The translations under genes were made by a program, and so were the position numbers. From the IMG/VR virus record IMGVR_UViG_3300009155_000040, positions 75,072 to 139,071 of that record: DNA of 64,000 nt; one strand, 5' to 3'. The stretch comes from a virus. Below the pieces are notes generated by a model, which saw only the letters and a program-made list of their open reading frames with translations, made no database searches and was not told where the DNA came from. Shown here piece by piece: positions 20,853 to 31,364 of the stretch; positions within the stretch are counted from its first letter, which is position 1; every line of letters starts with the position of its first letter.

Positions 20853-20902
20853 TGGTTTGGTACACAGGTAAATATATAATATGCGAAAAAACGGAGCTAT
20901 AA

Positions 20903-23900
20903 ATGGCAGAGTTTAAACTAGGTAGAATTAGATTTGTATGGAAAAATGACTGGGTAACTGGTACAACATACTATAAAGACGACATCGTACACTACGGTGG
21001 AAGAACGTATCTATGCGTAGCAGGACATACCGCTGCTGCCAATTTTTATACGGATCTAGAAAACATTCCAACTAAGTGGAATCAGTTTACTGATGGACAA
21101 GTATGGAAAGGCAACTGGACAGGTCCGGGTACTCTGTACAAAGAAAACGACATTGTCAAATATGGCGGATACGTGTACATTGCCAACAACGGTCACACAT
21201 CGCAGACCACTCTCGAGTTAGACCAAGGCTCATGGGATTTATTCGCAGAATCCTTTGATTGGAAATCAAACTGGGTAGCTGGTACTGTATACAAAGTTAA
21301 TGACGTTGTAAAATATGGTGGATATACTTACATTTGTAATGCTGCACATACTGCCGCAGCAACTAATGCACTTGGTCTCGAAGCAAATCTAGGTAGTTGG
21401 GACATATTCTCAAAAGGATTTGACTGGAAAGGTGTATGGCTAAGTGCAACACGATACAAAATTGGCGACGTAGTAAAATACGGCGGAACAACCTATGTCT
21501 GTAATCTAGGGCATACTTCTGCAGCCACAGTTACTTTAGGTCTTGAAAATGATCAAGGTAAATGGGACTATTACAATGCCGGATTTGAATACAAAGGACA
21601 ATGGATTGGTCCAACAACAGTTACAGGATCAATCAGCGGAACAACATTAACATCATCTGGCGGCAATCCAGCGATTGGACAGTTGTTAACTGGCGGCAGT
21701 ATTGCAGCCAATACATACATCACAGCAGGTTCAGGAACTACATGGACGTTGAGTGTCAACAACGGAACACTGACATCTGCTACATACACAGCAACAATTC
21801 GCTACAAAGCAAACGACCTTGTTAAACAAGGTGCAGGCATTTGGATCTGTAAAACTTCAAACACCAGCTCATCTAGCTGGACCACAGATCAAACAAACTG
21901 GGCTCAGTATGTCGAAGGCATTGAGTTTGAAAACGACTGGACCAGTTCTGGAATTTATCAAAACGGTGACATCGTCAGATACGGCGGCAATTCTTATATC
22001 GCCAAAACTTCTCACAATGCATCAGCACTAACACCTCCAAGCTCTAATACTACAGATTGGGATTTGTTTGCTACAGGATTTAGATTAGCAGGCGATTGGA
22101 ATTCAGGAACACTATTTAAAGTTGGTGAAATTGTTCGCAATGGCGGATTTACCTATGTGTCTACTTTAGATAGCACTAACCAACAACCACCAAATGCTGG
22201 TTATTGGGAAAAATTAAACGAAGGTATCAAGTGGAGAAACACTTGGCTTACTGCAACAGCGTATGTGAAAGGCGATACGATCAAGTATGGTCCTATTACC
22301 TACATCTGTATTCTAGCACACACATCGGCTTACAATGCTGGACCTCCTGTTACAGGAAATCGACCAGACATTGATGTTTCAGGAACCTATTGGAATCAAT
22401 TAACAGCCGGCAATGAAAACGATGTAATGACCACAACGGGTGATATCGTTTATTACAGCGGCTCCGGAGTTACAAGACTGCCAGTTGGCGCAGAAGGACA
22501 GGTACTTACTGTTGCGTCAGGCCAACCAGCTTGGGACTATTTTGGTCGTACTAAGAAAGTTTTTTATGTTGCAGAACACGGAGTTGATTCCCCAGCACCA
22601 ATTTACGGACTGACTGTTGACCAACCATGGGCTAGTGTAAGATACGCAACTGAACAGATTCTCTACGGAACCGAATATCCACAGGCAGGTTTCTTATTAA
22701 GAATGAATAGAGAATTTATTCAACGTGAGGCTGCAGAATGGGTCAAATATCAAATTGCAAACCCAACAGGGATTTGGATAAGTTTCACCAACGACGATAC
22801 TGCTAAATGTGAACGCGATATGGGTTTAATTGTAGATGCTATCATCTATGACTTAACACACACTGGCAACGAAAGGACCCTTACAGCAGCCAACTCATAT
22901 TTTACAGCATTGGGAGTTTTAGTAACAGGTATTCAAGACGAATACTTACAAAATGCCGCTGCCATCGGTTATCTATCAACGTTAGTTACTAGTATATTGG
23001 CTAACACTGCTCCAGCCAGCAACTACCAAACATTAAATGGAGTTTCAGCAGGCAACAGAATCAAACAGATTATTAACCTAAGCTACACAGCAGAAAGCGG
23101 TGCAAACACAATCTGCACAACATTGGCAGGATACATTTCTACAGCATTAAGCTCACAATCAAAATCTGGTTTGCCAATCTTAGATTCAGCAGGCTATACG
23201 ATTAATGTCAAGACAGGTCAGTTCTATGAAGTGTTACCAATCAAAGTACCTCCAAAAACTGCCATAGTTGGCGATGAACTACGCGGATCAAGAATGAGCC
23301 CGCGTGGTAAAGTCATTGCAACTAACGATAAAGCAAAATCTGTAGCAGCCCTACAGAGATTACAGGCCATTACAGCAAATATTATTTCTAATACCGCTGT
23401 AACTCCTACAACTGGTAACTCAGCAACACAATATACCAGCTTGCAAAAAGCAGGCAGTGTTGGTAGTTCTACAGCAGTAACAAGCGTACAGGCCAATGTT
23501 ACTGAAATGATCGACATTGTTACAAACAATACTCCAGACGCATACGTATATCCTGACCCAACAAGTTACGGTGCCGGTTACAGTAATGCTCGTCGACTAA
23601 CCCTTGCTAATAAGGCATTTATACAAGCTGAAATTACTGCCTATACTGTGTTTACCTATGGTACAACAATCAGCAGCATTGACGGCAGTGGCGAACTGTT
23701 TAACACTTCTGGATCTCACGGCTTAGCTGCCGGTGACAAAGTTGGATTTAACAGCACACAAGGCGGAGTAACGCGAGGACTAACTTATTATGTTCTAGCA
23801 TCAGGCTTAACGACTACTGCATTTAAAGTTGCTGCAACTTCAACTTCATCAACTCCGGTAGATTTAACCACAGTAGCAAGTCCATCACCTGCAATGAAAG

Positions 23901-26900
23901 TATTAAAATATGATGCGGCAAAATGTCTAAGAGACGTAGGCTATGAAGTTGATGCATTGATATACGATTTAACCTACGGCGAAACCAGCGGTTGTAACTT
24001 AATGACAGAAATCATCGCTCGTTCATACTACAGCCAAGGTGTATTTGTTGAGCCAGCAGCAGAAAAAACTTATGCACTTGCTGCTCAAACTAGACTGTCA
24101 GCAATTATTTCTAGTATTATAACAAAAGCCGCAGTAACTGCCACTGCTGGTAATACTGTTTCACAAGATGTTAGTGGTACTGCTGGATCTGCAGGTGCAG
24201 CAACGTTTGCACAGGCTAGAGTACAAGAAGTGTATGCTACGATCAACACCGGTACTAGCCCTACAACTATTGTACCAAGTACGGCGTGGGTAGCAAGTGC
24301 GCTGGTAACTGCACGTACAACGTTAAATGCAGCTAAGGCTTCAATTCAAGCCGATGCTGTTCAATATGTTAAAGTCACATATCCAACGTTGAACTTTGAT
24401 GAGACTCTTTGTTCTCGAGATGTTGGCTATATTGTAGATGCGTTAGGTTACGACCTAATGTTTGGTTCAAACTACCTATCAATCTTCAACGGTCTTTCAT
24501 ATCGTAGAGGTTTATCATCAACTAACATTGTGATTACAACACAGTTGGCCGCTCAACAGGCAATATTAAACTTCATATCCAAAGAAGCCACATACTATGT
24601 TGCCAGCGGAGCAGCAGTTGGAGCTGACAATCTATGGACCGACATTATTAACTATGTAAACACTGGTACTAGACCAATTGTTTCGGGTACTAATACCCCA
24701 ACAATTGATTTAGACATATTAGCAGGGGCACAAAATCTATTATCAAACACTGCATTTATGCAGGCTGAAGCTACAGCCTACATTAACAACACTTACAAAT
24801 CAACAGTAACAGCATCAACTGGCGGGTCAACTGACACATATACTTGTGGTTCACAGACATGGATGGTTGCTGGCGATGCTGTAAGATTTACAGGCACAGT
24901 ATTTGGTGGAATTAGTACAGGAACTACCTATTACATCTTAGCCTCAGGACTAACTTCTACATCGTTTAAAGTATCTCTTACATTAGGCGGCTCCGCAGTT
25001 GATCTATCAACAGCTACTGGCTCAATGACAGTGACTTATTATTATTCTCAAAGCCGTTGTCAGAACGATGTTCGCTGCTATATCGATGCTATTGCTTACG
25101 ATTTGAAATATACAGGAAATTACAGATCTGTAATGGCAGCACGTTACTACAGAAATGCATTGACTGGTTCTAAACTAGAAGATTTCTTCTATGTCAGCGA
25201 TGGTTGCGGAGTAAGAAACTGTACGCTAACAGGTCTCGACGGTTCGTCAGACGGTAATACTGCAGGAGCAGGAACATATCCGTCTGGTATGATTCCAGCG
25301 AACGCATTTGGTACACAACGTCCAGCAGCAGGTGCTTATGTTTCACTTGATCCAGGCTGGGGACCAAATGACAGTACAGCATGGGTAACCACAAGATCTA
25401 CTTACATACAAAACGTAACAACATTTGGTACAGGTGCAACTGGACAGAAAATTGACGGTAGCATACACGCAGGTGGTAACGATTCTATCGTTTCTAACGA
25501 CTTTACACAGGTTATTTCCGCAGGTATTGGTGCGTGGGTTACTAACTTGGGACGTGCAGAACTTGTTTCTGTGTTCTCATACTACTCACATATTGGTTAC
25601 CTAGCAGAAAACGGTGGTAAGATTCGTGCTACTAACGGTAACAACTCCTACGGTGATTTTGGTTCTGTAGCAGAAGGTGTTGATATTAAAGAAACGCCTG
25701 TTTATGGTTATATCAATAACCGTAATACAGAAGCAGATGTTAGAAATACGCTAACTGACGGTGTTAATAACATTTTAGTTTACGAATACGGAAATGCAGG
25801 CACTGCCTACACATCAGCAACATTAAGTATTGCTGGTGCAGGTGTTAGTGCAGCCGCAGTTCTTAGTGAATTCCGTGATGCTGCGGTTTATCAAGTAAGA
25901 TTAACAGACCCGGGCGATTCTACAGGCAAGGGCGGCGCTGGTTATATCACTCAAACCAACCTAGCACAAACCGGTAACACAACCAGCATCACATTGGCGG
26001 TTGCTGATACAGCATCCAGCACAGCCTATGTAGGAATGTTGCTAACAGTTATTTCTGGCACAGGTGCAGGACAATACGGTTACATCCAAGCATACAACTC
26101 TGCAAACAAAGTTGCTACAATCTATAAAGATACTGACGGTACTGCTGGCTGGGAGCATGTTACTCCGGGTGTAGCAATTGTATCTGCATTAGATACCACA
26201 AGCCAGTATCAGATTACTCCAAGATTGGTAATTTCTGCTCCTCCTTACTCAGCAACAGCAAGAACATTGCCAAGTTCTGTAGCATGGAGAGATGTTGGAT
26301 ATGGTAATGGCGTAGGTACTTACACTAATTTGAACGCAACAGGAAGTGTTGGCGGATCTCTTGCAAGTTTTGATGTTACTCGAGTACAAGGTGTGTATAC
26401 TGTAGCGATTAATATTCCAGGCATTTTGTATGCAGTTGGTGAAACACTAACAATTGCAGGTACAGCACTAGGCGGTACAAGCCCTGCTAACGATTTATCT
26501 ATTACTATCTTAGGTGTTAACACTGGCAGCAGTGGTATTAATAGAATTTCAACAAGCGGTACTGCTGTTACAGCAAAATTTGTTGCAATCGCAGATGGCA
26601 GCGCATCGGCAGCAACATCAACAGATGGAACAACTTGGTCTACATTAACAATGCCAAGTTCATTATCATATAGATCAATAGCTTACGGAACATTCAGCGG
26701 AATTGGTCGCTATATGGCAATTGCCAGCGGTACAGCAACTTCATACTATTCAACAGACGGGTTAAACTGGACTTCGGCATCAATGTCAGCTAACACAACC
26801 TGGCAGGCTCTTGCATATGGTAACAGTAGATTTGTTGCACTTGCAACTGGATCAAACGTTACCAGCATCAGCACAGCTGGAACTACTTGGATTTCTGGAG

Positions 26901-28429
26901 GAACTTTACCTGCAAGCACTACATGGACAGGAATTGCCTACGGTAAAGGAGTATGGGTAGCAGTTGCATCTGGCGGAACCCAAGGAGCTAGTTCAACAGA
27001 TGGCGGCTCAACTTGGGCAAGCTCGACATTACCAAGCAGCGGAACATGGACAGATGTTGCCTACGGTAACAACATGTTTATTGCTGTTCGTTCTGGCAGT
27101 ACAGCGTATGCTTATAGCACTAACGGAACTACATGGACAGCTGGTACATTACCAGGCTCAGTAACTAATCCGTCTATTATCTACGGACAAGGTGTTTGGT
27201 TAGTAACTTCTGATAATGGCGTAACTGCTTACAGTTCAGATACTGGTTTAATTTGGACCACAAGAACACTAAGCACTGGAGCAAATCCAAAAAATGGTGT
27301 GTTTGGAAACCCAGGAAATGTTGGGTCATTTGTAACAGTGGCCAGCGGTACAAGTACTGTGGCAGCACAGATCAAAGCAGGTGCTACAACTAGAGCTCGT
27401 GCGTATGTTGCAAGTAATCAACTTACAGAAATTTGGATTCGTGAACCAGGATCTGGATATACTGGCAGCGCACCAACCATGACTATCACTGACCCTAACA
27501 ACACAGGAGCAGATGCTACTTATACGGCGAGAGTCGGAAACGGTGCGATTGCGCAGCCGATGTGGACCAACAGAGGTACGGGATACAGCGCAGCTACTGG
27601 AACAATCTATGGTGACGGATATGCTGACAACTATCAAGTTGGTACTTATGTTGGATTCCAAAACTTAACAGGAATTCCAAAAGCTGGTTCTAACGTACAG
27701 ATCGCAGGAATTGATGATGTTTGGTATAGATTAGTTACAGTTACAGGTTTACTGCCTAATTCAGATGGTACTTACAATGCCACATTACAGGTAAGCCCAC
27801 CACTTGGTGTAGCTGAAGCACCTGATCATAATACTTTCTGTACTATTAGATTACGTTACTCACAGGTTCGATTAACTGGACACGACTTCTTAGATATTGG
27901 TACCGGTAATATTTTAAACACCAACTATCCAGGGTTACCATATTCTGACCCAATCCCAGCTAACGAAACAGTACAAAGTAATGGTGGACGTGTTTTCTAC
28001 ACATCAACTGACCAAGACGGTAACTTCCGAGTTGGTGGATTGTTCAACGTTGAGCAGGCAACTGGTATTGCTACCCTAAATGCTGACGCATTTAACATCG
28101 CAGGTTTGAACGAATTGAGCTTGGGTTCTGTAGCATTGGGTGGTTCTGGAGCAACAATTTCAGAATTCTCCACAGACCCGTTCTTTACACAGGACAGCGA
28201 CTCTGTAATACCTACGCAGCGAGCAATTAAAGCGTATATTACTAGCCAAATTGGTGGTGGACAGTCTAGCTTGAACGTAAACACCCTTACAGCAGGTATA
28301 ATCTACGTGGCTGGTAACCTTATCACAACTACTACGCTCGCGCAGATAAACATAAATACAAAGGTAAATTTCAAAGGCGGCATCGTGGGCGACGCTCTTG
28401 TTTTAAATTACTTTTTACTGAATTCATAA
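20903..28429 (+). CDS. Giant modular tail-fibre/spike-like protein B (2508 aa), paralogue of 14655
   Basis: Same MAEFKL start, CBM-like repeats, four C.RD.G..VDA..YDL repeats, propeller repeats and the shared YSQVRLTGHDFLDIG...TSTDQDGNFRVG C-terminus. TAAATA at 20869 and GGAG SD. Confidence 0.7.
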   Translation: MAEFKLGRIRFVWKNDWVTGTTYYKDDIVHYGGRTYLCVAGHTAAANFYTDLENIPTKWNQFTDGQVWKGNWTGPGTLYKENDIVKYGGYVYIANNGHTSQTTLELDQGSWDLFAESFDWKSNWVAGTVYKVNDVVKYGGYTYICNAAHTAAATNALGLEANLGSWDIFSKGFDWKGVWLSATRYKIGDVVKYGGTTYVCNLGHTSAATVTLGLENDQGKWDYYNAGFEYKGQWIGPTTVTGSISGTTLTSSGGNPAIGQLLTGGSIAANTYITAGSGTTWTLSVNNGTLTSATYTATIRYKANDLVKQGAGIWICKTSNTSSSSWTTDQTNWAQYVEGIEFENDWTSSGIYQNGDIVRYGGNSYIAKTSHNASALTPPSSNTTDWDLFATGFRLAGDWNSGTLFKVGEIVRNGGFTYVSTLDSTNQQPPNAGYWEKLNEGIKWRNTWLTATAYVKGDTIKYGPITYICILAHTSAYNAGPPVTGNRPDIDVSGTYWNQLTAGNENDVMTTTGDIVYYSGSGVTRLPVGAEGQVLTVASGQPAWDYFGRTKKVFYVAEHGVDSPAPIYGLTVDQPWASVRYATEQILYGTEYPQAGFLLRMNREFIQREAAEWVKYQIANPTGIWISFTNDDTAKCERDMGLIVDAIIYDLTHTGNERTLTAANSYFTALGVLVTGIQDEYLQNAAAIGYLSTLVTSILANTAPASNYQTLNGVSAGNRIKQIINLSYTAESGANTICTTLAGYISTALSSQSKSGLPILDSAGYTINVKTGQFYEVLPIKVPPKTAIVGDELRGSRMSPRGKVIATNDKAKSVAALQRLQAITANIISNTAVTPTTGNSATQYTSLQKAGSVGSSTAVTSVQANVTEMIDIVTNNTPDAYVYPDPTSYGAGYSNARRLTLANKAFIQAEITAYTVFTYGTTISSIDGSGELFNTSGSHGLAAGDKVGFNSTQGGVTRGLTYYVLASGLTTTAFKVAATSTSSTPVDLTTVASPSPAMKVLKYDAAKCLRDVGYEVDALIYDLTYGETSGCNLMTEIIARSYYSQGVFVEPAAEKTYALAAQTRLSAIISSIITKAAVTATAGNTVSQDVSGTAGSAGAATFAQARVQEVYATINTGTSPTTIVPSTAWVASALVTARTTLNAAKASIQADAVQYVKVTYPTLNFDETLCSRDVGYIVDALGYDLMFGSNYLSIFNGLSYRRGLSSTNIVITTQLAAQQAILNFISKEATYYVASGAAVGADNLWTDIINYVNTGTRPIVSGTNTPTIDLDILAGAQNLLSNTAFMQAEATAYINNTYKSTVTASTGGSTDTYTCGSQTWMVAGDAVRFTGTVFGGISTGTTYYILASGLTSTSFKVSLTLGGSAVDLSTATGSMTVTYYYSQSRCQNDVRCYIDAIAYDLKYTGNYRSVMAARYYRNALTGSKLEDFFYVSDGCGVRNCTLTGLDGSSDGNTAGAGTYPSGMIPANAFGTQRPAAGAYVSLDPGWGPNDSTAWVTTRSTYIQNVTTFGTGATGQKIDGSIHAGGNDSIVSNDFTQVISAGIGAWVTNLGRAELVSVFSYYSHIGYLAENGGKIRATNGNNSYGDFGSVAEGVDIKETPVYGYINNRNTEADVRNTLTDGVNNILVYEYGNAGTAYTSATLSIAGAGVSAAAVLSEFRDAAVYQVRLTDPGDSTGKGGAGYITQTNLAQTGNTTSITLAVADTASSTAYVGMLLTVISGTGAGQYGYIQAYNSANKVATIYKDTDGTAGWEHVTPGVAIVSALDTTSQYQITPRLVISAPPYSATARTLPSSVAWRDVGYGNGVGTYTNLNATGSVGGSLASFDVTRVQGVYTVAINIPGILYAVGETLTIAGTALGGTSPANDLSITILGVNTGSSGINRISTSGTAVTAKFVAIADGSASAATSTDGTTWSTLTMPSSLSYRSIAYGTFSGIGRYMAIASGTATSYYSTDGLNWTSASMSANTTWQALAYGNSRFVALATGSNVTSISTAGTTWISGGTLPASTTWTGIAYGKGVWVAVASGGTQGASSTDGGSTWASSTLPSSGTWTDVAYGNNMFIAVRSGSTAYAYSTNGTTWTAGTLPGSVTNPSIIYGQGVWLVTSDNGVTAYSSDTGLIWTTRTLSTGANPKNGVFGNPGNVGSFVTVASGTSTVAAQIKAGATTRARAYVASNQLTEIWIREPGSGYTGSAPTMTITDPNNTGADATYTARVGNGAIAQPMWTNRGTGYSAATGTIYGDGYADNYQVGTYVGFQNLTGIPKAGSNVQIAGIDDVWYRLVTVTGLLPNSDGTYNATLQVSPPLGVAEAPDHNTFCTIRLRYSQVRLTGHDFLDIGTGNILNTNYPGLPYSDPIPANETVQSNGGRVFYTSTDQDGNFRVGGLFNVEQATGIATLNADAFNIAGLNELSLGSVALGGSGATISEFSTDPFFTQDSDSVIPTQRAIKAYITSQIGGGQSSLNVNTLTAGIIYVAGNLITTTTLAQININTKVNFKGGIVGDALVLNYFLLNS
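27980..28037 (+). repeat. 58-bp direct repeat, copy 2
   Basis: One mismatch (T at 28021 versus C at 20444) against 20403-20460. Confidence 0.9.
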
Positions 28430-28444
28430 TGGAGAAATTATAAC

Positions 28445-28774
28445 ATGGCAACAGGTTTATTAGGCCAAGCAGCATTGGCAGCAATTACAAATACTTCGGT
28501 ATACACGGTGCCGTCAAACACGTTCACAGTATTTTCTGTAAGTGTTTTAAACAGAAGTAGCTCAGCAGCGTCTACTATTAGAATAGGACTCTGCGCATCG
28601 GCAACGCCGGCAGCAAACGGATCTGAATGGATTGAATACGATGTATCATTAGATCCGGGCGGTGTATTAGAAAGAACCGGACTTATGATGAACGCAGGAA
28701 AAATTCTTGTTGTTTACGCTTCCGGAGCACAAGTTTCTGTAAGTGCCTTTGGCATCGAAACATCTACAGTATAA
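28445..28774 (+). CDS. Small beta-sandwich structural protein
   Basis: TSVYTVPS...SVSVLNR...YDVSL.PGGVLERTGL; third member of the 110-aa family. Confidence 0.65.
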   Translation: MATGLLGQAALAAITNTSVYTVPSNTFTVFSVSVLNRSSSAASTIRIGLCASATPAANGSEWIEYDVSLDPGGVLERTGLMMNAGKILVVYASGAQVSVSAFGIETSTV

Positions 28775-28777
28775 ATA
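28770..28777 (+). promoter_or_regulatory. Late promoter TATAAATA for the Cys-rich cluster
   Basis: Exact consensus followed by an AGGAG SD and the ATG at 28794. Confidence 0.7.
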
Positions 28778-28793
28778 TTAGGAGAAATATAAA

Positions 28794-29120
28794 ATGGGAC
28801 GTCAAGTATCATCGTTTGGAGCAGGAAGTGTTACTAGTTTAACGCTGACATCCAACACTACAATTGCATCAGGTGTGAGTGTATTTGCCAACGCAACTTC
28901 AGGGGCATTCACAATCACATTACCAGCATCACCGGCAGACGGCGACACAGTTCAAATTATTGACGTCGCAGGTATTTGCCAAACAAACAACATCACGATC
29001 GCAAGAAACGGTTCAAAAATTCAAAACTTATCAGAAGATTTAGTCATGAATCTCAACAACGCAGCCATTACAATGATCTATTCAGGTGTAACATTTGGCT
29101 GGGTATTCATTGGACCATAA
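28794..29120 (+). CDS. Tail-fibre adaptor/connector-like small protein (108 aa)
   Basis: ANATSGAFTITLPASPADGDTVQIIDVAG...NNITIARNGSKI is a widespread phage fibre module. Confidence 0.7.
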   Translation: MGRQVSSFGAGSVTSLTLTSNTTIASGVSVFANATSGAFTITLPASPADGDTVQIIDVAGICQTNNITIARNGSKIQNLSEDLVMNLNNAAITMIYSGVTFGWVFIGP

Positions 29121-29133
29121 TTAGGAAAATATA

Positions 29134-30159
29134 ATGCCAAAATTATCAGACCTATTATCTACAAGAGAAATTACTTCTAACGCCACTAATCTGGAAAAAG
29201 GTAAAGTCTGGGTCGTCACTGTAGGTAGTATGTATGCTTGTACTAGAAGTGAAAGCGCATACTGCTGGAAATCTCCTGGTTGCGGAACATTAACTATTGA
29301 AATGTGGGGAGCCTCGGGCGGCGGCTCTCGTATGTGCTGTTGCGGATTTGGATTACCAGGAAACCCCGCAGCATATGCAAGAAAACAGATAGCAGTTTAC
29401 CCAGACTCACACATTTGCGGATGTCCAGGAATGGCCTGTAACTCGCACAGCCTGTGTTTCGACGGTTGCGGATTGCCAACATACTTGTGTTATTCTAATG
29501 CTAGAGACTTATGTGGGTTCTCAGCAGGATGCATGTGCGCACAAGGCGGACGTGGCGGAGTAGCAATCTGTTCAACAGGTACAGGCGGATATTGTTGCTA
29601 TGTGGCCAACGGCTTCTGCAATACCTTAATCGGTTCAAGTTGCGGCATTATTTGTAATCACTGCCCGGGAGCTTGGTTAGGTTGCGGGTACGGCGGAGAC
29701 ATTGGCTGCTGTGGTTGTATTTCTTGTGTGATATTTAAAGGTACAGGTAATGCACTTTGCCCATGCCAAACAGATACAATTCTTGCTACATCGGCAATGG
29801 TGTTTGGTGAATGCGGTGCTAACATCATTTATACACACGACGACGATAACGAACATACACAATGGAGTGGTAACGGTTATCACTCAGCGGCTCATACATT
29901 AAATTTTGCATCAAAATCACCAACAGGCGGTATTCCATTTACAATTTGTTATAACGGTAACCAACAATGCGGATGTTATGAAGCATCCGGATGTAACCCG
30001 TTATTCCCATATGGTGTTCCTGGAGGTCAACCATTCCCATGTCCAGACGTTCGTGACCATGGACGTAGAGGCGGCCACGGTGCTATTAGATTAACATATC
30101 GTGGATCAGGAATCATGGCAAACCAAAACGCTAGTGGAAAACTTGGAGGCGCATACTAA
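29134..30159 (+). CDS. Cys-rich glycine-rich-domain (adhesin-like) protein 1
   Basis: WKSPG.GTLTIEMWGASGGGS and C-terminal GRRGGHGAIRLTY frame a Gly-rich domain. About 35 Cys in 341 aa by my count. Confidence 0.7.
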   Translation: MPKLSDLLSTREITSNATNLEKGKVWVVTVGSMYACTRSESAYCWKSPGCGTLTIEMWGASGGGSRMCCCGFGLPGNPAAYARKQIAVYPDSHICGCPGMACNSHSLCFDGCGLPTYLCYSNARDLCGFSAGCMCAQGGRGGVAICSTGTGGYCCYVANGFCNTLIGSSCGIICNHCPGAWLGCGYGGDIGCCGCISCVIFKGTGNALCPCQTDTILATSAMVFGECGANIIYTHDDDNEHTQWSGNGYHSAAHTLNFASKSPTGGIPFTICYNGNQQCGCYEASGCNPLFPYGVPGGQPFPCPDVRDHGRRGGHGAIRLTYRGSGIMANQNASGKLGGAY

Positions 30160-30160
30160 C

Positions 30161-31363
30161 ATGGCATTATTAACTCAATTATTAGGGAATAGAGAACAAG
30201 CCCAAAAAGACATGTTAGAAAAAGGCCGCATTTGGGTCTACTCCGACGGTAATATGTATTCTGGTTTCTGTAACGGCTTCTGTTGGAAGCCACCAGGATG
30301 CGGCAAAGCGATTATTGAAATTTGGGGTGCTGCAGGATCAACAGCAGAAATGTGTTGCTGTGGTCACGGTCTTCCGGGCAATCCTCCTGCTTACGTAAAA
30401 AAATGTATCTGCGTATGTCCGACAAACTATGTTTGTGGATACGTAGGACGTTCTTGCAACAACGCTGACGATTTGTGTTTCCGTGGTTGCTCAGAATCAT
30501 CTTGTGTATGTTGGTTTGGATGCTCACCGTGCGGATTATCCAGCGACGGTATTGACTGTAACGCACAAGCGTCGTGGAGAGGTAATAATCCATGGGGTTG
30601 GGGTAACGAAACTAACGTACTATCACAAAACTTTAATCTTAACAATAAGAAAATCAAAGACGAAGGCTACGGATTCAAATTTGGTAACACCTGTACCGGC
30701 GGTGGCATGTGCTATAACGCAGGCCAAACCAACGGTTGCTTGTGTGCTCAAGGTGGTCACGGCGGTATAAGCTATTGCATGGATACAAAATCTCCATTCT
30801 CTTGCTACATGACAGGCTATTTCTGTGGACAGCGTGTAGGTCCTGGACACAATATGTGTGATACAGGTAACTCAGCTTGCGGGCGTGTATGTCAATGGTG
30901 TCAAAACGGTAACAACAATGCTTGTGCGTGGGGCGGAGATGTTAACTGCTGCGGCTCATATTCATGCGTTGACTTCTTAGGCTGTATTCAAACTTGTCCA
31001 TGTATGACATTACATCACATTACCACTGCTGCTGGAGTTTATGCAGAAGACGGTGCAGTTATTTCATTCTACACAGACGGTGATACACCTGGTCAACGTT
31101 GGTCAGGTACAGGTACAGGTAGTTTGTTAAATTCATTACCAATGTTATCAAGAAGCCCATCACATACCATGTATTCTACATGTTGGAGTGGTGGTAACCC
31201 TTGCGGTTGTTACAACATGCAGGGATGTCATCACTTTGTTCCTTACGGTGTACCTGGTGTTGGTCCTAACCCTTGCGGTGACGTTCGAGATCACGGCATG
31301 AGAGGCGGTATGGGAATGATAAGAATTAAATATGTTCCAACTGACGGAGGCAATACGTACTAA
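30161..31363 (+). CDS. Cys-rich glycine-rich-domain protein 2 (400 aa)
   Basis: Paralogue of 29134 (WKPPG.GKAIIEIWGAAGS.AEMCCC); about 41 Cys. Start placed 1 nt after the previous stop. Confidence 0.7.
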   Translation: MALLTQLLGNREQAQKDMLEKGRIWVYSDGNMYSGFCNGFCWKPPGCGKAIIEIWGAAGSTAEMCCCGHGLPGNPPAYVKKCICVCPTNYVCGYVGRSCNNADDLCFRGCSESSCVCWFGCSPCGLSSDGIDCNAQASWRGNNPWGWGNETNVLSQNFNLNNKKIKDEGYGFKFGNTCTGGGMCYNAGQTNGCLCAQGGHGGISYCMDTKSPFSCYMTGYFCGQRVGPGHNMCDTGNSACGRVCQWCQNGNNNACAWGGDVNCCGSYSCVDFLGCIQTCPCMTLHHITTAAGVYAEDGAVISFYTDGDTPGQRWSGTGTGSLLNSLPMLSRSPSHTMYSTCWSGGNPCGCYNMQGCHHFVPYGVPGVGPNPCGDVRDHGMRGGMGMIRIKYVPTDGGNTY

Positions 31364-31364
31364 C

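Noticed and set aside
30101-31364. Upstream extensions of ORF-track starts (30101 and 31332; likewise 8650, 12816, 58845 and 61106)
   Set aside because: They overlap the previous gene or a terminator. The downstream ATGs align with paralogue N-termini and have an SD or late-promoter context.
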